Notes under the pieces: generated by a model
What the model saw: only the letters and a program-made list of their open reading frames with translations
The model's database searches: none
What the model was told of the DNA's origin: nothing
From: Myxococcales bacterium
GTDB taxonomy: Bacteria > Myxococcota > Myxococcia > Myxococcales > Anaeromyxobacteraceae
Reading direction: 5' to 3'
Assembly (NCBI GenBank): GCA_038320275.1
Contig: JBBQEB010000013.1
Location: 1-39,673, forward strand
Length of the DNA: 39,673 bases
Made by a program: the position numbers and the translations under genes
In this document: piece by piece, positions 38,059 to 39,673 of the stretch
Layout of the letters: every line of letters begins with the position of its first letter
Numbering within the stretch: position 1 is the stretch's first letter

Positions 38059-38174
38059 CCCTCATCGCAGGCTGGACGAAAGCGCCGGCGAGCTGTGAAC
38101 CGCTCGTCCGGCGCAACGTCGCCCGGCGCGACGAGGCTCTTCGTCGGCTGGGCACCTCGCATCGCGGCGCCCGG

Positions 38175-38200
38175 AGAGGTGTCCCCTCCCGGACACCTCT
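38175..38200. terminator. Hairpin abutting the GGDEF stop, between convergent genes
   Basis: AGAGGTGTCC-CCTCCC-GGACACCTCT perfect 10-bp stem. Confidence 0.55.
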
Positions 38201-39166
38201 TCAAGCCATCGCCTGTCCCACCGGGCCGAACGGCTGGGGAGGAGGGCGCCCCACCACCTCTACCCGCAAGCCGTCCTTGCCCGAGCGCTTCGCGTCGTAC
38301 ATGAGCTGATCGGCCCGGCCGAGCATCTCGTCGAGCGAGCGGGGCGGGGTCTGGAAGGTGACCGCGCCGATGCTGAAGGACACCTTCCAGCCGCTCGCCG
38401 TCATGGCGGCGGCGAGCGCGCCGCGCAGGCGGCCCAGGAGCGCCTCGGCGGTCGGCTGGTCCGCATCGACGAGAAGCAGCCCGAACTCGTCGCCGCCCAG
38501 CCGCGCCACCGCGTCCATGGCGCGCGTGCCGCTGCGGAGGGTGCTCGCCGCCAGCGTGAGGAGCGCGTCGCCCTCGCGGTGGCCGAAGCGGTCGTTCATG
38601 GCCTTGAAGTCGTCGGCGTCGAGGTAGGCCACGGTGAGGGGCCGCGAGGTTCGCCGGGCGCGCTCCAGCTCCACCGCCGCCTGCTCCAGGAACGCCCGGC
38701 GATTGGACACGCGGGTGAGGGGGTCGGTGCGCGCGAGCTGGACCTCCGACTCGAGCCGCAGCTTGAGGGCGTCGAGCAGCCAGCAGAGGGCGACGAGCAC
38801 GCCGGCCTGCACCGCGCCGTTCCAGGCGAGGACCTGCGGCGCGAGGGGGAAGGTCCGGCTCGCGAGGTCGGTGCCGAGAGAGGTCAGCGCCCCCACCGCG
38901 GTGAGGAACAGCCCGGTCCGGCGCGACACGTACCAGGTCGCGAAGCCGATGGGGCCGAGGTAGAGCAGCGTGAAGGACACGTCCGGCCCGCTCAGCGCGT
39001 CGCCGAGCGCCACGCACAGGAGGAGCCCCAGCGAAAGGGCGGTGGCCGCGGGGCGCGAAAGCCCTTCGAGCCACGCGCTCGCTACCGCCCGGAGCTTGAC
39101 CGCGGGTCGCCGTGAAGGCGACGGGCGGGCGCGGCGGCCGGCATGTCGTGGCATGGGGGTGCTCAT
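38201..39166 (-). CDS. Membrane-anchored diguanylate cyclase (GGDEF)
   Basis: N-terminal TMs; TDPLTRVSNRR, DADDFKAMNDRFGHREGD, RAMD I-site then ARLGGDEF; start uncertain. Confidence 0.93.
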   Translation of the reverse strand: MSTPMPRHAGRRARPSPSRRPAVKLRAVASAWLEGLSRPAATALSLGLLLCVALGDALSGPDVSFTLLYLGPIGFATWYVSRRTGLFLTAVGALTSLGTDLASRTFPLAPQVLAWNGAVQAGVLVALCWLLDALKLRLESEVQLARTDPLTRVSNRRAFLEQAAVELERARRTSRPLTVAYLDADDFKAMNDRFGHREGDALLTLAASTLRSGTRAMDAVARLGGDEFGLLLVDADQPTAEALLGRLRGALAAAMTASGWKVSFSIGAVTFQTPPRSLDEMLGRADQLMYDAKRSGKDGLRVEVVGRPPPQPFGPVGQAMA

Positions 39167-39338
39167 GGGGAGGTTGGAGCGGACGGAGGTTCTTTCGGGA
39201 GGGGTAGGCGCGTCAAGGTGAGCAAGACGGCGCCGCTGTAGGTGAACCGGGCCCGCGGCTCGCCAGAAGGCGGAGGGTCACCATCTCGTCGCGCGCCTGG
39301 CACCGCGCCGTCACGCTCCGCTGCTGTAGGATCGCGGC

Positions 39339-39673
39339 GTGTCCTTGATCCTGATCGTAGATGACGAGGCGGACCTCCTGGCGCTCCTCGACTTCAACCT
39401 GAAGGGCGCCGGGTTCGAGACCACCCTCGCCACGACGGGGGAGGAAGCGCTCGCACAGCTCCGCCGACGGGTACCCGACCTCCTGCTGCTCGACCTCATG
39501 CTCCCCGACGTCTCCGGCACCGAGGTGTGCCGCCAGGTGAAGGCCGATCCGCGCACCCGGGGCGTGCCCGTGGTGATGCTGACGGCGAAGGGCGACGAGG
39601 TGGACAAGGTGGTCGGCTTCGAGCTCGGGGCGGACGACTACGTGACGAAGCCCTTCAGCATCCGGGAGCTCAC
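39339..39673 (+). CDS. OmpR/PhoB-family response regulator (partial, runs off the right edge)
   Basis: Not in ORF track: MSLILIVDDEADLL...LDLMLPDVSG...MLTAKGDEVDKVVGFELGADDYVTKPFSIREL. Confidence 0.92.
   Translation, partial: MSLILIVDDEADLLALLDFNLKGAGFETTLATTGEEALAQLRRRVPDLLLLDLMLPDVSGTEVCRQVKADPRTRGVPVVMLTAKGDEVDKVVGFELGADDYVTKPFSIREL

Overview
GC-rich bacterial window. The gene complement (Cys-rich lipoproteins, tldDE, a Ser-Ser-Arg tRNA cluster, a UGA-Sec candidate) suggests an Anaeromyxobacter-like myxobacterium; this is an inference. About 1-11.2 kb looks accessory and partly decayed, and abuts the 3' end of tRNA-Arg(ACG). It holds an FG-GAP protein, a TPR-like protein, a co-oriented minus-strand cluster led by metK, an AbiEii-type toxin/partner pair, IS3 and IS4 remnants, and a dead paralog of the gene at the left edge. 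A compact, P4-less SAM-I-type riboswitch sits in front of metK, which is followed by about six uncharacterised genes and an EcsC-family gene. From 11.2 kb on the region is mostly housekeeping: tRNAs, a lipase, serS, an ECF sigma/anti-sigma/Spy-like trio, tldD-tldE, purS-purQ, transporters, an RlmL-like methyltransferase, ALDH, CHAD, GGDEF and a PhoB-like regulator. Main items missing from the ORF track: (1) an exported thioredoxin-TPR protein with an in-frame TGA forming WUHTC (probable selenoprotein, 31616-32932); (2) the SAM riboswitch whose P1 overlaps the metK RBS; (3) a 220-bp MITE-like element with 31-bp terminal inverted repeats upstream of tldD; (4) the pseudogene paralog at about 8690-8980.
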